Below are positions 38,209 to 48,334 of a stretch of 64,000 nt of DNA, one piece after another. Position 1 is the first letter of the stretch, and the number at the start of each line of letters is the position of its first letter. Position numbers and translations under genes: made by a program. The DNA lies in assembly GCA_964621445.1 (NCBI GenBank), contig CAZUNO010000002.1:136904-200903 (forward strand), given 5' to 3'. The stretch comes from Candidatus Hadarchaeota archaeon (GTDB lineage: Archaea > CAYQAE01 > CAYVLA01). A model generated the notes under the pieces. It searched no databases. It was given only the letters and a program-made list of their open reading frames with translations, and was not told where the DNA came from.

Positions 38209-39227
38209 TGCGACCTCTCCTCCACGTATTGAATAGCAACATCCGTCATTTTTTCGACTTCTCCCTTGGGAAGTACCATGCCTACAACCTCGGGCTTGCC
38301 ACCTGCCGAATATCCTTTAAGACGAGCGGTTTTGATCAGGGGTATGAGATTAGGCGTATTTCCCGTCCTCCGCACATAGAGTCTTGCATTTTCATGGCCC
38401 ATGTTCCGGACAATGACCGCTATTTTTCGCCCCTTTTCCTGCAGGGCCTTTTTTCTGGCAATGATTGATGTTAGATGCATCTCGGTATCTATCGTCTTGA
38501 CCACGACTTGATTTCTATTCTCAACATCGGAACCGAGAATTCTATCTATTTCCGCACCCACTGCCTTCTTGTTTTCAACCCAGGAGTCTATGCGTAAGAG
38601 TTCTCTGGGATGTGAGAGGTTCTCGAGCAGTATTGATGGAGCCAACTCAACCGTTCTTTTTTCGTTCGCCATGTAGTTGGAATCGATCAGGTTAGTAACT
38701 TTGAATAGTTCCTGTATATCCAGGTCGTTCGAAAGCGTAATCTTCTCGACCCTTTTTTTCAATGGGTGGTTCAACAAGCGTTTCCCAAGATCTCCGCACA
38801 TACCAATGGCCGCTAATAGGTCAACTCGATCCACAAGCCAGGAGAGAAAAAGGGCATTTGACTCCGGAGGAGAACCCGGGAAATTATCGGGGTGTAGAAA
38901 CTTCACACCGCCAATCCCGCTTGGTGGATTGGAGTGGTGATCAATCCACACTAGCTGTGAGTCCAGTTGGTTATTCATCTCCCTCAGCTTTTCCCCCGAT
39001 ACTGCAAGATCCAGGCCTAAAACCAAGTCGGGATTTTTATCATCTATTCTCTTGAGCTCGTCTTCAAAATCGGTATAGTTCCCGATGGGAGGCGTTTGGT
39101 TGACGCAAACAGAACCCTCCATGGACATGATCATCGTCGCCGAAGCAATGCCATCCGCGTCCCAGTGGTGAAGGATTCCAATGGAATAGGAGCTTTCAAG
39201 TATATGGAAGAGATCTTCACTGGACAA
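38205..39227 (-). CDS. DHH family phosphoesterase
   Basis: HHWDADG, LDLA, WIDHH, C-terminal AGGK. Confidence 0.85.
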   Translation of the reverse strand: MSSEDLFHILESSYSIGILHHWDADGIASATMIMSMEGSVCVNQTPPIGNYTDFEDELKRIDDKNPDLVLGLDLAVSGEKLREMNNQLDSQLVWIDHHSNPPSGIGGVKFLHPDNFPGSPPESNALFLSWLVDRVDLLAAIGMCGDLGKRLLNHPLKKRVEKITLSNDLDIQELFKVTNLIDSNYMANEKRTVELAPSILLENLSHPRELLRIDSWVENKKAVGAEIDRILGSDVENRNQVVVKTIDTEMHLTSIIARKKALQEKGRKIAVIVRNMGHENARLYVRRTGNTPNLIPLIKTARLKGYSAGGKPEVVGMVLPKGEVEKMTDVAIQYVEERSQ

Positions 39228-40362
39228 AGGGATTCTCCCATTTCAATACTATATCCGCTATCTCGGGTCGCATTATCTCCGGAGGGGGCCTTTCATTTCG
39301 ATCCAGCATTTCCCGGATCCTGGTACCGCTGAAGTTGATGTGATCCTCCGGAGGGTGGGGGCAGGTCTTTTCATTTGCCACCCCTCTGCATCTCCTGCAG
39401 TGGAAAAATGACTTGAAGAATAATGGAGAAATTCCCAAGTCCGGGAACTCCTCAAAGATCTCCTGAGCTGCAAAGGGGGGGTAATAATTTCCAACCCCAG
39501 CGTGGTCCCTGCCCACGATAAAATGTGTGCATCCGTGGTTCTTCCTCATAATTGCGTGCAGTATGGCCTCCCGGGGACCGGCATACCTCATCTCAAACTG
39601 GAGTATGACCAGGACAGCTCTTTCCTTCAGATAATAATTCTCCATGAGGGCCTGGTAGGCCTCGATTATCAAGTCATCCTTGAAATCCCCTGACTTCTTC
39701 CTCCCTATTACGGGGTTTATCATCACCCCATCAGTAAAGCTTAGTGCCGTTTTTTGTAGGTACTCATGTCCCAGATGGGGCACGTTTCTGGTCTGGAAAC
39801 CGACAACGGTGCGCCAACCCTTTTCCCTGAATAGTATCCTGGTTTCAAGAGGCATCAGGTGCAGATTAGGGTATGAGCTGGGAGGTGGGTCCACTAGGGA
39901 TATGTCCCCTCCAATTAGAAAATCTCCGCGGGAAAAGGTCTTGGCAACTCCCGGATGTCTCGAGTCCTTGGTTCCAAATACCGCCTGAGCATGACGCTTC
40001 TTATCCAGGGGGAAAATCTCCTCAACATCCATTACCGCTATCAAATCTCCCTGGTTAGTCAAAGCCACGCGGTCCTGTTCATCAAGTTCTCTGGCCCTGC
40101 TTTCTTCCACATCGAGAATTATGGGGATGGTCCACGGAACATCATTTGAGAGCCTCATATGATCGAGGATATTCTCGTAATCCCGGGAACCCACAAAGCC
40201 GGTAAGAGGTGAAAATACACCCCTGGCGATATTCTGGCAATCCATGGCCAGCTCGTCATTGATGACTATGCTGGGAAGCTCCCGGGATTCCTCCTCCAGA
40301 CGATCTCTTTCTCTCCCCCTAGCTACCCTGTTGGTTAGAGACCCTCCATGGGGACGGATCAT
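39217..40362 (-). CDS. sat: Sulfate adenylyltransferase (ATP sulfurylase)
   Basis: PHGG, FSPL, FQTRNVPHLGHE, YAGPREA, VGRDHAG, SGT. Confidence 0.97.
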   Translation of the reverse strand: MIRPHGGSLTNRVARGRERDRLEEESRELPSIVINDELAMDCQNIARGVFSPLTGFVGSRDYENILDHMRLSNDVPWTIPIILDVEESRARELDEQDRVALTNQGDLIAVMDVEEIFPLDKKRHAQAVFGTKDSRHPGVAKTFSRGDFLIGGDISLVDPPPSSYPNLHLMPLETRILFREKGWRTVVGFQTRNVPHLGHEYLQKTALSFTDGVMINPVIGRKKSGDFKDDLIIEAYQALMENYYLKERAVLVILQFEMRYAGPREAILHAIMRKNHGCTHFIVGRDHAGVGNYYPPFAAQEIFEEFPDLGISPLFFKSFFHCRRCRGVANEKTCPHPPEDHINFSGTRIREMLDRNERPPPEIMRPEIADIVLKWENPFVQ

Positions 40363-40371
40363 TTATCTTCC

Positions 40372-40599
40372 TCAGTCAATATATCCAAGCGCCCTTAGCC
40401 TTTCCTTTACCCTTTCCTCATCCTCTTCCGTGAAGGGGTCTTCTTCCTCCTGGACATCTTCGGCTATTACTTCGCGCAAGACGTAGGCCACATAGCTTGA
40501 TACAGAGGTGAAACCCGTGTCCTCAATTCGGTCCCTTATCTTTTCGAAAAGGGGCGTCGGAATGGACACAGTAGTGAACTTCTTTTTTTCCTCAGACAT
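40372..40599 (-). CDS. CopG/ribbon-helix-helix protein with ERLRALGY tail
   Basis: TTVSIP..LFEKI..TGFTSVSSYV..VLRE; acidic linker; likely ATG at 40599. Confidence 0.85.
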   Translation of the reverse strand: MSEEKKKFTTVSIPTPLFEKIRDRIEDTGFTSVSSYVAYVLREVIAEDVQEEEDPFTEEDEERVKERLRALGYID

Positions 40600-40604
40600 G
40601 AACA

Positions 40605-40642
40605 ATCTCAATGAGATATAATTAGCCCATTTAAAAATCTTT
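40605..40642 (-). promoter_or_regulatory. BRE/TATA (AAAGATTTTTAAAT) plus palindrome ATCTCA-N-TGAGAT upstream of the sat operon
   Basis: Palindrome at 40605-40617 lies between the TATA-like box (40629-40637) and the RHH start codon. Confidence 0.5.
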
Positions 40643-40660
40643 ATCGGGCCAAAAAATAAA

Positions 40661-40876
40661 TCATGTGCCCTGCACGGTATCTAATGGGGTTTTCTCCAAA
40701 GGCGCGGGGTGAATAAATAGAAGATTAAGCAAACCTGCACCGAGGATCACCAAGGCCCCCGTTAAACCGGTTCCCAGATGCCCGATATAGACCCCGGCTA
40801 CCATCAATAGCAATCCTGCTATCATGGGGGTCTCTATAGCATCAAGCCAATGATAATCCCTTTCTTCGTTCTCCAT
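40661..40876 (-). CDS. Small two-TM hypothetical protein
   Basis: Likely start MENEERDY; hydrophobic hairpin. Confidence 0.5.
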   Translation of the reverse strand: MENEERDYHWLDAIETPMIAGLLLMVAGVYIGHLGTGLTGALVILGAGLLNLLFIHPAPLEKTPLDTVQGT

Positions 40877-41124
40877 AGAAATCAATGAAATTTGACTAAT
40901 TCTAGTATGACGCAATGAAATATAAATATTGCGGATCTTTAAAAGAAAAGGAACTTTCCATGAATAGACCTCTCGGCTGCCGGCCAAACACCCTATTCCA
41001 TATTCAATTATCCTCAATTTAGGTGTTTTAAAGGGATCGCGGATACCCTAATTCAGGACAACTGAATATTGAACGGCTAGAAACCCTTTCTTCTACGAAT
41101 ACTGGTCCTTTACTTCCCATTTTT

Positions 41125-42132
41125 TCAAGAGGAATTCTCCCCGGGAACCTCAGGATCATGTTCATCAGAGATCTCCCCAAAGACCTCTTCCATGACATCC
41201 TCTATGCTAACCAAGCCCAATGTCTTTCCTGAGCTATTATGCAGCAAGGCGAGATGCGTCTTACTTCTCTGCATTTGCCTCAAGATATCATCCGCCTTTA
41301 TCCTAGGAGGTATTCTCAGAATCCCTCTCATGATTTTCTTCACGGAGCTAGAACCGTCTTCCACGCCAAACGTGTCCTTAACATGAGCCATTCCCACGAT
41401 GTCATCCACATTCTCTCCATAGACCGGGAATCGGGAATAGCCGGTCTCCATCGATCTGTCGATAAGATCATCGATGGTATCACTCTGGCTCAGGAACTCC
41501 ACCTCTTCCTTAGGTGTATAGAACTCCCGGGCCTGGGTCTCATCAAACTCGAATACACCATTAACCATCTCTCTCTCGTCCTCCTCGATGGTTCCCTGTT
41601 CCTCCCCTAGTCTCATCATTGCCATTATCTGATCTTCCGTAACCGTTGTTCCTTCATCTTCACCTTCCCGAACCATCGAGATCATGGCATTGGATAATCT
41701 GTTCAGGAGGAAGACCACTGGCGCGAAAAGTTTGGTTATCAGGGACAAAGCACTGGATACCCTCAAGGCGTAGCTCTTATTTCTCATTCCAAAGGCCTTT
41801 GGAGTTATCTCACTAAACACAAGTACGAGAGCGGTCATGACAAAAGTGGCGATCCCTATTCCTAAATTCCCAAAAATAGCCGTGGAAATTGCCCCTGCAA
41901 TAACTGAGGCAGATACATTGACTATATTATTGCCTACTACAACGGCGGTAATTACATTACTCGGATTCTCCATTAGCCGCTCCAGCCTGATGGCCTGCTC
42001 ATTTCCTTTTCTGGCCTCATCGGCAATAACTGCCCTATTCACAGAAACGAATGCAATCTCGGAACTAGAAAAGAAGGCAGAAAGAATTAGAAGAACTGCA
42101 ACTGCCAGCATACCTACGATTAACCAAATCAT
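41125..42132 (-). CDS. CNNM/hemolysin-type (DUF21 + CBS) Mg/Co transporter family protein
   Basis: SAFFSSSEIA, GNNIVN, SEITPK, YSRFPV, EDVMEEVFGEI.DEHD. Confidence 0.93.
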   Translation of the reverse strand: MIWLIVGMLAVAVLLILSAFFSSSEIAFVSVNRAVIADEARKGNEQAIRLERLMENPSNVITAVVVGNNIVNVSASVIAGAISTAIFGNLGIGIATFVMTALVLVFSEITPKAFGMRNKSYALRVSSALSLITKLFAPVVFLLNRLSNAMISMVREGEDEGTTVTEDQIMAMMRLGEEQGTIEEDEREMVNGVFEFDETQAREFYTPKEEVEFLSQSDTIDDLIDRSMETGYSRFPVYGENVDDIVGMAHVKDTFGVEDGSSSVKKIMRGILRIPPRIKADDILRQMQRSKTHLALLHNSSGKTLGLVSIEDVMEEVFGEISDEHDPEVPGENSS

Positions 42133-42268
42133 GCCGCGTATCCGCTAAACTTAACGAGTGGAGGCCCTGTTTTTATAAGTATTCCAATGTGCTTAAAAGT
42201 AGCTGCTATTAACGCCGTATTTCGAGTATTTTTAGTTCTGGTGAATCTCTCAGGACAAGACTTACCAG

Positions 42269-43033
42269 GTGCCATATGCATTTGAAAATATGTCCAATAA
42301 CAAGGACCCAGAGAAGGACCAAATTAGGAACAAGATATGGAGCCTTCTTGAGGATCAAGATGTTGCCCGGTTCCCTCGACCGGTCAAGGGCAGAATTCCC
42401 AACTTCGTCGGGGCGGATCGGGCCGCCGATCGGCTGTTTCAAACGGACCAATTTGGAGGGGCGGAGGTAATCAAATGTAACCCGGACTCACCCCAGCTCC
42501 CTGTGCGCCGAAGGGCTTTGGAGCTGGGCAAGGTCCTGATGATGCCTTCTCCCAGATTGAAATCAGGATTCCTAGTTCTCAATCCGGGGTCCATTCCGGC
42601 AAGACTTTACGAAAAAGCGGCGGCCATAAGGGGGTCCTTCAAGTATGGTGAAAAGTTAGGGATAAAAGACCTGCCCAATGTGGATGCCATAGTATGCGGA
42701 TCCGTTGCGGTAACCAGAGAGGGCAGGAGATTGGGAAAGGGGGGCGGCTACAGCGAAATAGAGTATGGTATATTGCGGGAGATGGAATTAGTAGAGGAAG
42801 GAGTTCCAATTCTGACCACCGTCCACGAGCTTCAGGTAATTAGCAGCATACCTACTGAAGAACATGATTTTACGGTCGACATCGTGGCCACCCCAACTGA
42901 ACTCATTGAAAGCACAGGACCCGTTTCGCGGCCACGGGGGATTATATGGGAGTTAATCTCTCAGGATCAATTGGACGAAATGCCAATTCTGGCCGAACTC
43001 AAGAAGAGAAGGGAATGGAAGAGAAATGGATGA
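42269..43033 (+). CDS. 5-formyltetrahydrofolate cyclo-ligase family (MTHFSD-like)
   Basis: GRIPNFVGA, NPDSPQ, GRRLGKGGGY, TTVH. Confidence 0.9.
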   Translation: MPYAFENMSNNKDPEKDQIRNKIWSLLEDQDVARFPRPVKGRIPNFVGADRAADRLFQTDQFGGAEVIKCNPDSPQLPVRRRALELGKVLMMPSPRLKSGFLVLNPGSIPARLYEKAAAIRGSFKYGEKLGIKDLPNVDAIVCGSVAVTREGRRLGKGGGYSEIEYGILREMELVEEGVPILTTVHELQVISSIPTEEHDFTVDIVATPTELIESTGPVSRPRGIIWELISQDQLDEMPILAELKKRREWKRNG

Positions 43034-43103
43034 AACATGACCCTGGGTTATTGGGAGCAGGCCGGGAATACATAAGAAGCCCTCTTGAAAGAATGACTGG
43101 CAT

Positions 43104-45194
43104 ATGAAAACATCCTGGACAAGACATCTCCTAACTATAGCCGACCTCGGTATCTATAGCCGAGAACAGGTTCTGAACCTCGACCCTGCGATGGTGGCTG
43201 AGAGGAAGAGGAAGTTGGGCTTCAATATGGAGCACCTGAACTGTAGCGATGTATATGGAGGAGAGAGGGGGGTCTTCTTCTTTCAAACTGGAATCGCCGA
43301 AGAGATTCCCCGGGATTTCATTGGAGAGTACCTTCCCGAAGCCCACTCCAGGGGCATCAGGGTGCTGATCTACTATAACGTACACTGGCTGGATAGGGAC
43401 TTCGGGATGAGAAACCCGGACTGGCTACAGGTTTCCAGGGATGGCAGGACCAAGGAGGACCTTTACGGGTCGGGTTGTGCACCCTGTGTCAATTCAGGCT
43501 GGCGAGAATGGTCTTTCAGAGGGATTCGAGACCTAGCAGACTATGATATCGATGGTATTTTCCTCGATGGGCCCATCTTCATCTCCGATGGCTGTTACTG
43601 TGAAAGCTGTCGGGAGTCCTTCCGGAACGAATACGGAACCACGCTTCCCAGGGAGCAAAAAAGAGACGACCCGACCTGGAGACAATTTCTTGATTTCCGG
43701 TACGAGAGCATAGCCAGGTATATGGAAGATGCTTCCAGAAATCTAAAGGAAATTCGGCCCGATGCGGTTATCTATATGAATTCATCAGGGGTCTCCCCTT
43801 CCTGGCCAGCTGCCAGGGATAACAGAAGGCTTCTGACACATCAGGATATTCTCGGGGCTGAAGGCGGCTTCCTCTACCATGACCTGCGAACCTCTCCCCT
43901 CTGGAAACCGGGAATGTGTGCTAAACTTCTGGAAACCCAAGCGGGAGGAAAACCAACAGTGGTTTTTCTCGCTGGAGCTAACAAAGGGTGGGACGATTAC
44001 CTATTAACCCCCGCAGAGACCAGGCTCCTATTTGCGGACACCGTTGCCAACGGAGCCAATCCCTGGTACGGTATTCCATTCAATCGGTCGGATAGACTAA
44101 GCGCCCAGGCAGCGGGGGAGATGAATCGGTTTCTCCAGGAATTCTCTGAATATTTTGAAGGAACTCGACCTTTAAGTAAGATAGCACTGTTATGGTCGAC
44201 ACGTACCGCCGATTTCTACAAGGCAACGGTGCCCTTCACCGACTTCACGCCGGACGGGGATAAAATGGAGAGAGAAGGTGCCGGTGATTTTTCCTCGAGC
44301 TTCAGGGGATGCTATGAGTCCCTGGTCCGAAGCCATCTTCCATTTGAGGTCCTGGACGAAATCGCGCTGAGGAATGGGTCCCTTGACAGATATGACCTTC
44401 TCATAACCCCCAACTGTGCTTGCCTTTCAGGAGAGTCATGCGACTGTATAGAGAGGTATGTTTATCGCGGAGGCAATCTCCTGGCCAGCTTTGAGACCTC
44501 GCTATATAATCAAAACGGTTCCCGCCTTGAAAATTTCGGGCTTTCAAGGGTTTTGGGCGTTGACACCGGTAGAGGGAAATTCGGACCCATGAAGATAGAT
44601 TACATGGCCCTAACCGAGAACCACCCGCTTTTTGAGGGGCTGACCGATGATAACCTACCCTGTCCCATTTACGGCATGGAGGTTATGCCAAACACAAGCA
44701 AGCCCCTGGCCAAGTTCAGGGAAAAAATGAAATCGAGATACTCCAAACTTCCTCCGATCTCCGATCTGTCTGCAATTACCCTCAACAGCTATGGAAAGGG
44801 GAAAGCCCTTTACCTATCGGGTAATTTCTTTGAACACTACGAGAACTACCACAATCCCGATTATCGCCTTTTTATGTCTAATGCTGCTAGAAGCCTCTCC
44901 TCTCCTCTGGTTCACCTGCAGAACTGCCCGACATCGGTTGAGATTACCATGAGAACGAGGGAGCCGGATACCCTTCTCATTCACCTGGTCAATTTTACCG
45001 GCGAAATGACCAGACCAATTGAGTCGGTAACTCCGGTACATGATGTGGAGGTTAAACTAAATGGCTTCCATAATTTGAAATCTGCCCGATCGATTTCTCC
45101 ATCCCGGCCTTCTAGAGATCTAGAGCCCTTGGGGAATAACCAGCTGAAACTTGATCTGGAAAGCGAGTACAAGATGGTTATAATGGAGAAGTGA
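43104..45194 (+). CDS. Glycoside hydrolase-like protein (GHL6/GH42-type TIM barrel + trimerisation domain)
   Basis: NPDWLQ, CVNS, DGIFLDG, CYCESC, C-terminal GATase-like trimerisation region, IHLVN. Confidence 0.8.
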   Translation: MKTSWTRHLLTIADLGIYSREQVLNLDPAMVAERKRKLGFNMEHLNCSDVYGGERGVFFFQTGIAEEIPRDFIGEYLPEAHSRGIRVLIYYNVHWLDRDFGMRNPDWLQVSRDGRTKEDLYGSGCAPCVNSGWREWSFRGIRDLADYDIDGIFLDGPIFISDGCYCESCRESFRNEYGTTLPREQKRDDPTWRQFLDFRYESIARYMEDASRNLKEIRPDAVIYMNSSGVSPSWPAARDNRRLLTHQDILGAEGGFLYHDLRTSPLWKPGMCAKLLETQAGGKPTVVFLAGANKGWDDYLLTPAETRLLFADTVANGANPWYGIPFNRSDRLSAQAAGEMNRFLQEFSEYFEGTRPLSKIALLWSTRTADFYKATVPFTDFTPDGDKMEREGAGDFSSSFRGCYESLVRSHLPFEVLDEIALRNGSLDRYDLLITPNCACLSGESCDCIERYVYRGGNLLASFETSLYNQNGSRLENFGLSRVLGVDTGRGKFGPMKIDYMALTENHPLFEGLTDDNLPCPIYGMEVMPNTSKPLAKFREKMKSRYSKLPPISDLSAITLNSYGKGKALYLSGNFFEHYENYHNPDYRLFMSNAARSLSSPLVHLQNCPTSVEITMRTREPDTLLIHLVNFTGEMTRPIESVTPVHDVEVKLNGFHNLKSARSISPSRPSRDLEPLGNNQLKLDLESEYKMVIMEK

Positions 45195-45206
45195 TAAGTA
45201 CCTGAG

Positions 45207-45776
45207 CTACACCTTTATCTCGTCCCCCAGTTGAAGCAGTTTACAGGGGATGGATTCCTCATGAAGCCACTTAACCAGGTTATCCGCATCCTCTTGGTCC
45301 TCGCTGGGATCGTAGTGGAAAGGGACGACGATTTCGGGATCTATACGCTTGAATGAAGAGAGGTATTCATTGTAGTAATCCGGAAAACAGGCGGAAAATG
45401 CGGCTTTGACACCTTGCTCAACATCCGGGAATCTAGCAGAATCACCTGCGTGTAACAGGCCCCGATAGAAATAGCTGACGCTTTCCTCTGAACCCCAACA
45501 CCAGCTCTCAAGTACCTTAATTCCATCGACCTCGTCCCCCGGCTGAACGATCCCCCCATCCATTCCAATCTTGTCTAGGGTGGTCTTTGGTGCAAACAGA
45601 TCTGCCGTTGACCCGCATTCCTCGTAATCCTGAGCTGAGAAGTGGTCATCATGTTCATGGGTGACCAGTACTATATCGGCTTTACCTTTGGGCTCGATCT
45701 CGTAATTGGGATCAATAACGATGTGCCGGTCCCCAATTATTTCGAGACAGGCATTTCCCAGCCATTTAACCCTCAC
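45207..45776 (-). CDS. MBL-fold metallo-hydrolase
   Basis: WLGNA, IDP, THEHDDH, HAGD, PFHY. Confidence 0.9.
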   Translation of the reverse strand: MRVKWLGNACLEIIGDRHIVIDPNYEIEPKGKADIVLVTHEHDDHFSAQDYEECGSTADLFAPKTTLDKIGMDGGIVQPGDEVDGIKVLESWCWGSEESVSYFYRGLLHAGDSARFPDVEQGVKAAFSACFPDYYNEYLSSFKRIDPEIVVPFHYDPSEDQEDADNLVKWLHEESIPCKLLQLGDEIKV

Positions 45777-45798
45777 GAAATTACCTCCTTGATGGTAT

Positions 45799-46344
45799 CT
45801 ATAATGGCTTGGCCAGTACCCGCTTTACCTTGCTGTCGAATAGCTCCCTTGATATGGCTGGCCTTAGTACCAGCGCCGTATCTGCTCCTCTCCCGGTGCC
45901 CGAAACAGTCAAGAGATCCTTATCCGTCCTCACCAGGCCTGCATCGGCGGCCATGGCCGCAATCTCCACCCCTACCTTTACCCCCTCACAGAACATTCTC
46001 AATGTCTGCCTGACGACCATTCCTATCGACCCCTCATCGGCAAGGCGGTTTACACCGTCAAAGGCATGGGAAGTAGTGAGTACTTTGATGCCTTCACTTT
46101 CCAATTTTTCTCTCAGGTCCGCCGGGAATTCCTGTTGGTTTTGTCCCTTGTGACCGGTTACGTGGGTCACCACGATCAAGTTCAGGTCACCTAGCATCTC
46201 AGCGGCCATTCGGGCCGTGTATCCGGTGGTGGAAGCAACGACCACGGTATCCATGTTCTCCTGATCGGCATAACCCCTCACCAAATCCAGTGTCTCGTCA
46301 GTATTGTCCTTGCCGGCCTTCTCGAAATAGGTTATTTCGGACAT
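45799..46344 (-). CDS. Pyruvate-kinase C-terminal-like (MTH1675/COG1751) protein
   Basis: YFEKAGKDNT, VVASTTG, VTH, GVKV.VE..MAADAG, GTGRGADTA. Confidence 0.85.
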   Translation of the reverse strand: MSEITYFEKAGKDNTDETLDLVRGYADQENMDTVVVASTTGYTARMAAEMLGDLNLIVVTHVTGHKGQNQQEFPADLREKLESEGIKVLTTSHAFDGVNRLADEGSIGMVVRQTLRMFCEGVKVGVEIAAMAADAGLVRTDKDLLTVSGTGRGADTALVLRPAISRELFDSKVKRVLAKPL

Positions 46345-46432
46345 CCCGATCTCCAGTAATGTATTTATCAGGGGTGCCTAAAATAATCTTGGAGAACTAC
46401 GTGTTTTTGAGTTTTTGACGTTCCCTCTACTT

Positions 46433-47437
46433 TCAGAGATTAGGCGAGCCCATTAAGGCACGGACCACGGATCTCACTGCCTGCTCGGAATTCTTTCTCG
46501 GTTTCCAGCCCAGGTCGCATATCTCCCGGATGCTCAAAACGGTAACTGGGATATCCCCCTTCCATCCGCCCTTTCCCCCCGTGTGCTGGTGCTTTATATC
46601 CACCAGACCCATCTCCTCCTCGACTACACGGGCCAGACGCTCCACCGATATAGTATCGCCGGTTCCCAGATTGAGGATGCTGTCCTTCGTTTTTGAAACG
46701 GAGTATAGGATGGCCTCAACGCAATCTTTTACGTGGAGGTAACTCTTCCGCTGCCTCCCGTCCCCAAGTATCTTGAGATTCTCTGGGTCCCTCTTCAGGC
46801 GGGAAACGAAGTCAGGGATCACGCCGTGGGAGGACCTTTTCCCGACCACGTTCGCAAAACGGAATATCAAATAATTGAGATCAAATCCCTCTGAGTAAGC
46901 GGTTATTAGACCTTCGCAACCCAGCTTGGTTGCCCCGTAAATGGATATGGGCTTTAATGGACCGTAGTCCTCGGGTGTGGGTATCTCATCTGCTTCGCCG
47001 TAAACAACCGAACTAGAGGCGAACACGAGATTTTCCACACCCTGATCGACCATTTCCTCCAACAGGTTACGAGTGGCAACCAGGTTATTCCTAAACGGCG
47101 ATAGCCTCCTCTGCCCGTCGGTGAACCCACCTCGAATTACGGGGTCCGCCGCCATGTGAAAAACATGAGTCCGGCCCTCGAGCACACCGGTAAGCGAATT
47201 CCTATTGCAGAGATCTGCTTCCACGAAATTAAATTCATTATTACCCGAATGGTTCTCAATAAAGGCCAAATTGCCGCTCTTCAGGTTATCCAATACAACG
47301 ACATTCCATCCCTTCAGGAGGAGTTCATCCACCAGGTAACTACCGATGAATCCTGCACCTCCGGTGACCAGAGCATTTCCAACCGACAAACTTGGACCAT
47401 GTCCTGGCCGGAGCCATTCCTCATAAATTGATTCCAA
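46433..47437 (-). CDS. NAD-dependent epimerase/dehydratase (GalE-like extended SDR)
   Basis: TGGAGFIGS, ASSS, YGATK, RFANVVG. Confidence 0.93.
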   Translation of the reverse strand: MESIYEEWLRPGHGPSLSVGNALVTGGAGFIGSYLVDELLLKGWNVVVLDNLKSGNLAFIENHSGNNEFNFVEADLCNRNSLTGVLEGRTHVFHMAADPVIRGGFTDGQRRLSPFRNNLVATRNLLEEMVDQGVENLVFASSSVVYGEADEIPTPEDYGPLKPISIYGATKLGCEGLITAYSEGFDLNYLIFRFANVVGKRSSHGVIPDFVSRLKRDPENLKILGDGRQRKSYLHVKDCVEAILYSVSKTKDSILNLGTGDTISVERLARVVEEEMGLVDIKHQHTGGKGGWKGDIPVTVLSIREICDLGWKPRKNSEQAVRSVVRALMGSPNL

Positions 47438-47445
47438 TCCCGGTT

Positions 47446-48249
47446 CTATTTAGGCCTAAGGGCCCCGTTATCAACCACATAATTCTCCTTGAGTTCCTCG
47501 ACTCTTGACTCCAACTTCTTCTCCTGCTCCGGTGTCAGCGGGCGTAGCTCTTCCCCCACCTCTGCGTCTTCCTCCACCTCTTCCAGGTTTGATATGCCCA
47601 CAATGGCACTTGGAACCCCTCTACTCCAGATGTAATTGAGAGACTGAGAAACATCTGTCAACACCCCCTTGCCCAGGGGCTTCATGGCCACTATGCCCAC
47701 ATCCTTTTCGAGAGCTCTGGGAATCAGCTTATCCTCCGCCCTGTTAAATACATAATTAAAGGGGACAACCAGGTTTGAGAAAAGATCTCGTTCGATTGCC
47801 CGGGCTAGGAAATCGGGGTAGTGATCGGTAATCCCAATGTGGTCAACGGTCCCTTCCTCCTTAGCATCACGCAGGACCTGGAATCCCCCCTTCTTTCCCA
47901 GGCCCTGTTCGAAGCTATTTTCCCTTATCCTGAATTGGGCAATATCCAGGTGATCGGTCCCCAGCATCTCGAAGGCCTGGTTAAGCTGTTTCTCGGTCTG
48001 AAGCCTTTTGGACCCGAATAGCTTTACATTTAGAATGCATTCCTCACGGCGGCCCTCTATTGCCTTCCCTACCTTCAGCGCGCTGTCTCCATAGGTGGGT
48101 GATGTGTGTATATGGTTTATTCCCAGATCCAGGGCTCGTTCAACGATCCTTACTGCCCTCTTTTTCTCCACGTCCTTGATGGGTATGCCTCCAAAGCCCA
48201 CTACCGACACCTTGAGTCCGGTTCTGCCTAACTCCCTGTACTCCATCAT
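47446..48249 (-). CDS. Aldo/keto reductase family protein
   Basis: LGRTGLKVS, GFGG, IGIT.H, AMKPLG. Confidence 0.88.
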   Translation of the reverse strand: MMEYRELGRTGLKVSVVGFGGIPIKDVEKKRAVRIVERALDLGINHIHTSPTYGDSALKVGKAIEGRREECILNVKLFGSKRLQTEKQLNQAFEMLGTDHLDIAQFRIRENSFEQGLGKKGGFQVLRDAKEEGTVDHIGITDHYPDFLARAIERDLFSNLVVPFNYVFNRAEDKLIPRALEKDVGIVAMKPLGKGVLTDVSQSLNYIWSRGVPSAIVGISNLEEVEEDAEVGEELRPLTPEQEKKLESRVEELKENYVVDNGALRPK

Positions 48250-48334
48250 CTTTCGCCTACCCGGGCTGGTATAGTCCTCTCTATTAGATATTCGCCAAAA
48301 GAGCCAATGGCGCCTCTGGAGGGAAAGGCCTTCC

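Noticed and set aside
36311-40362. Dissimilatory or assimilatory sulfate reduction
   Set aside because: No aprAB, dsrAB, cysH or sulfite reductase in the window.
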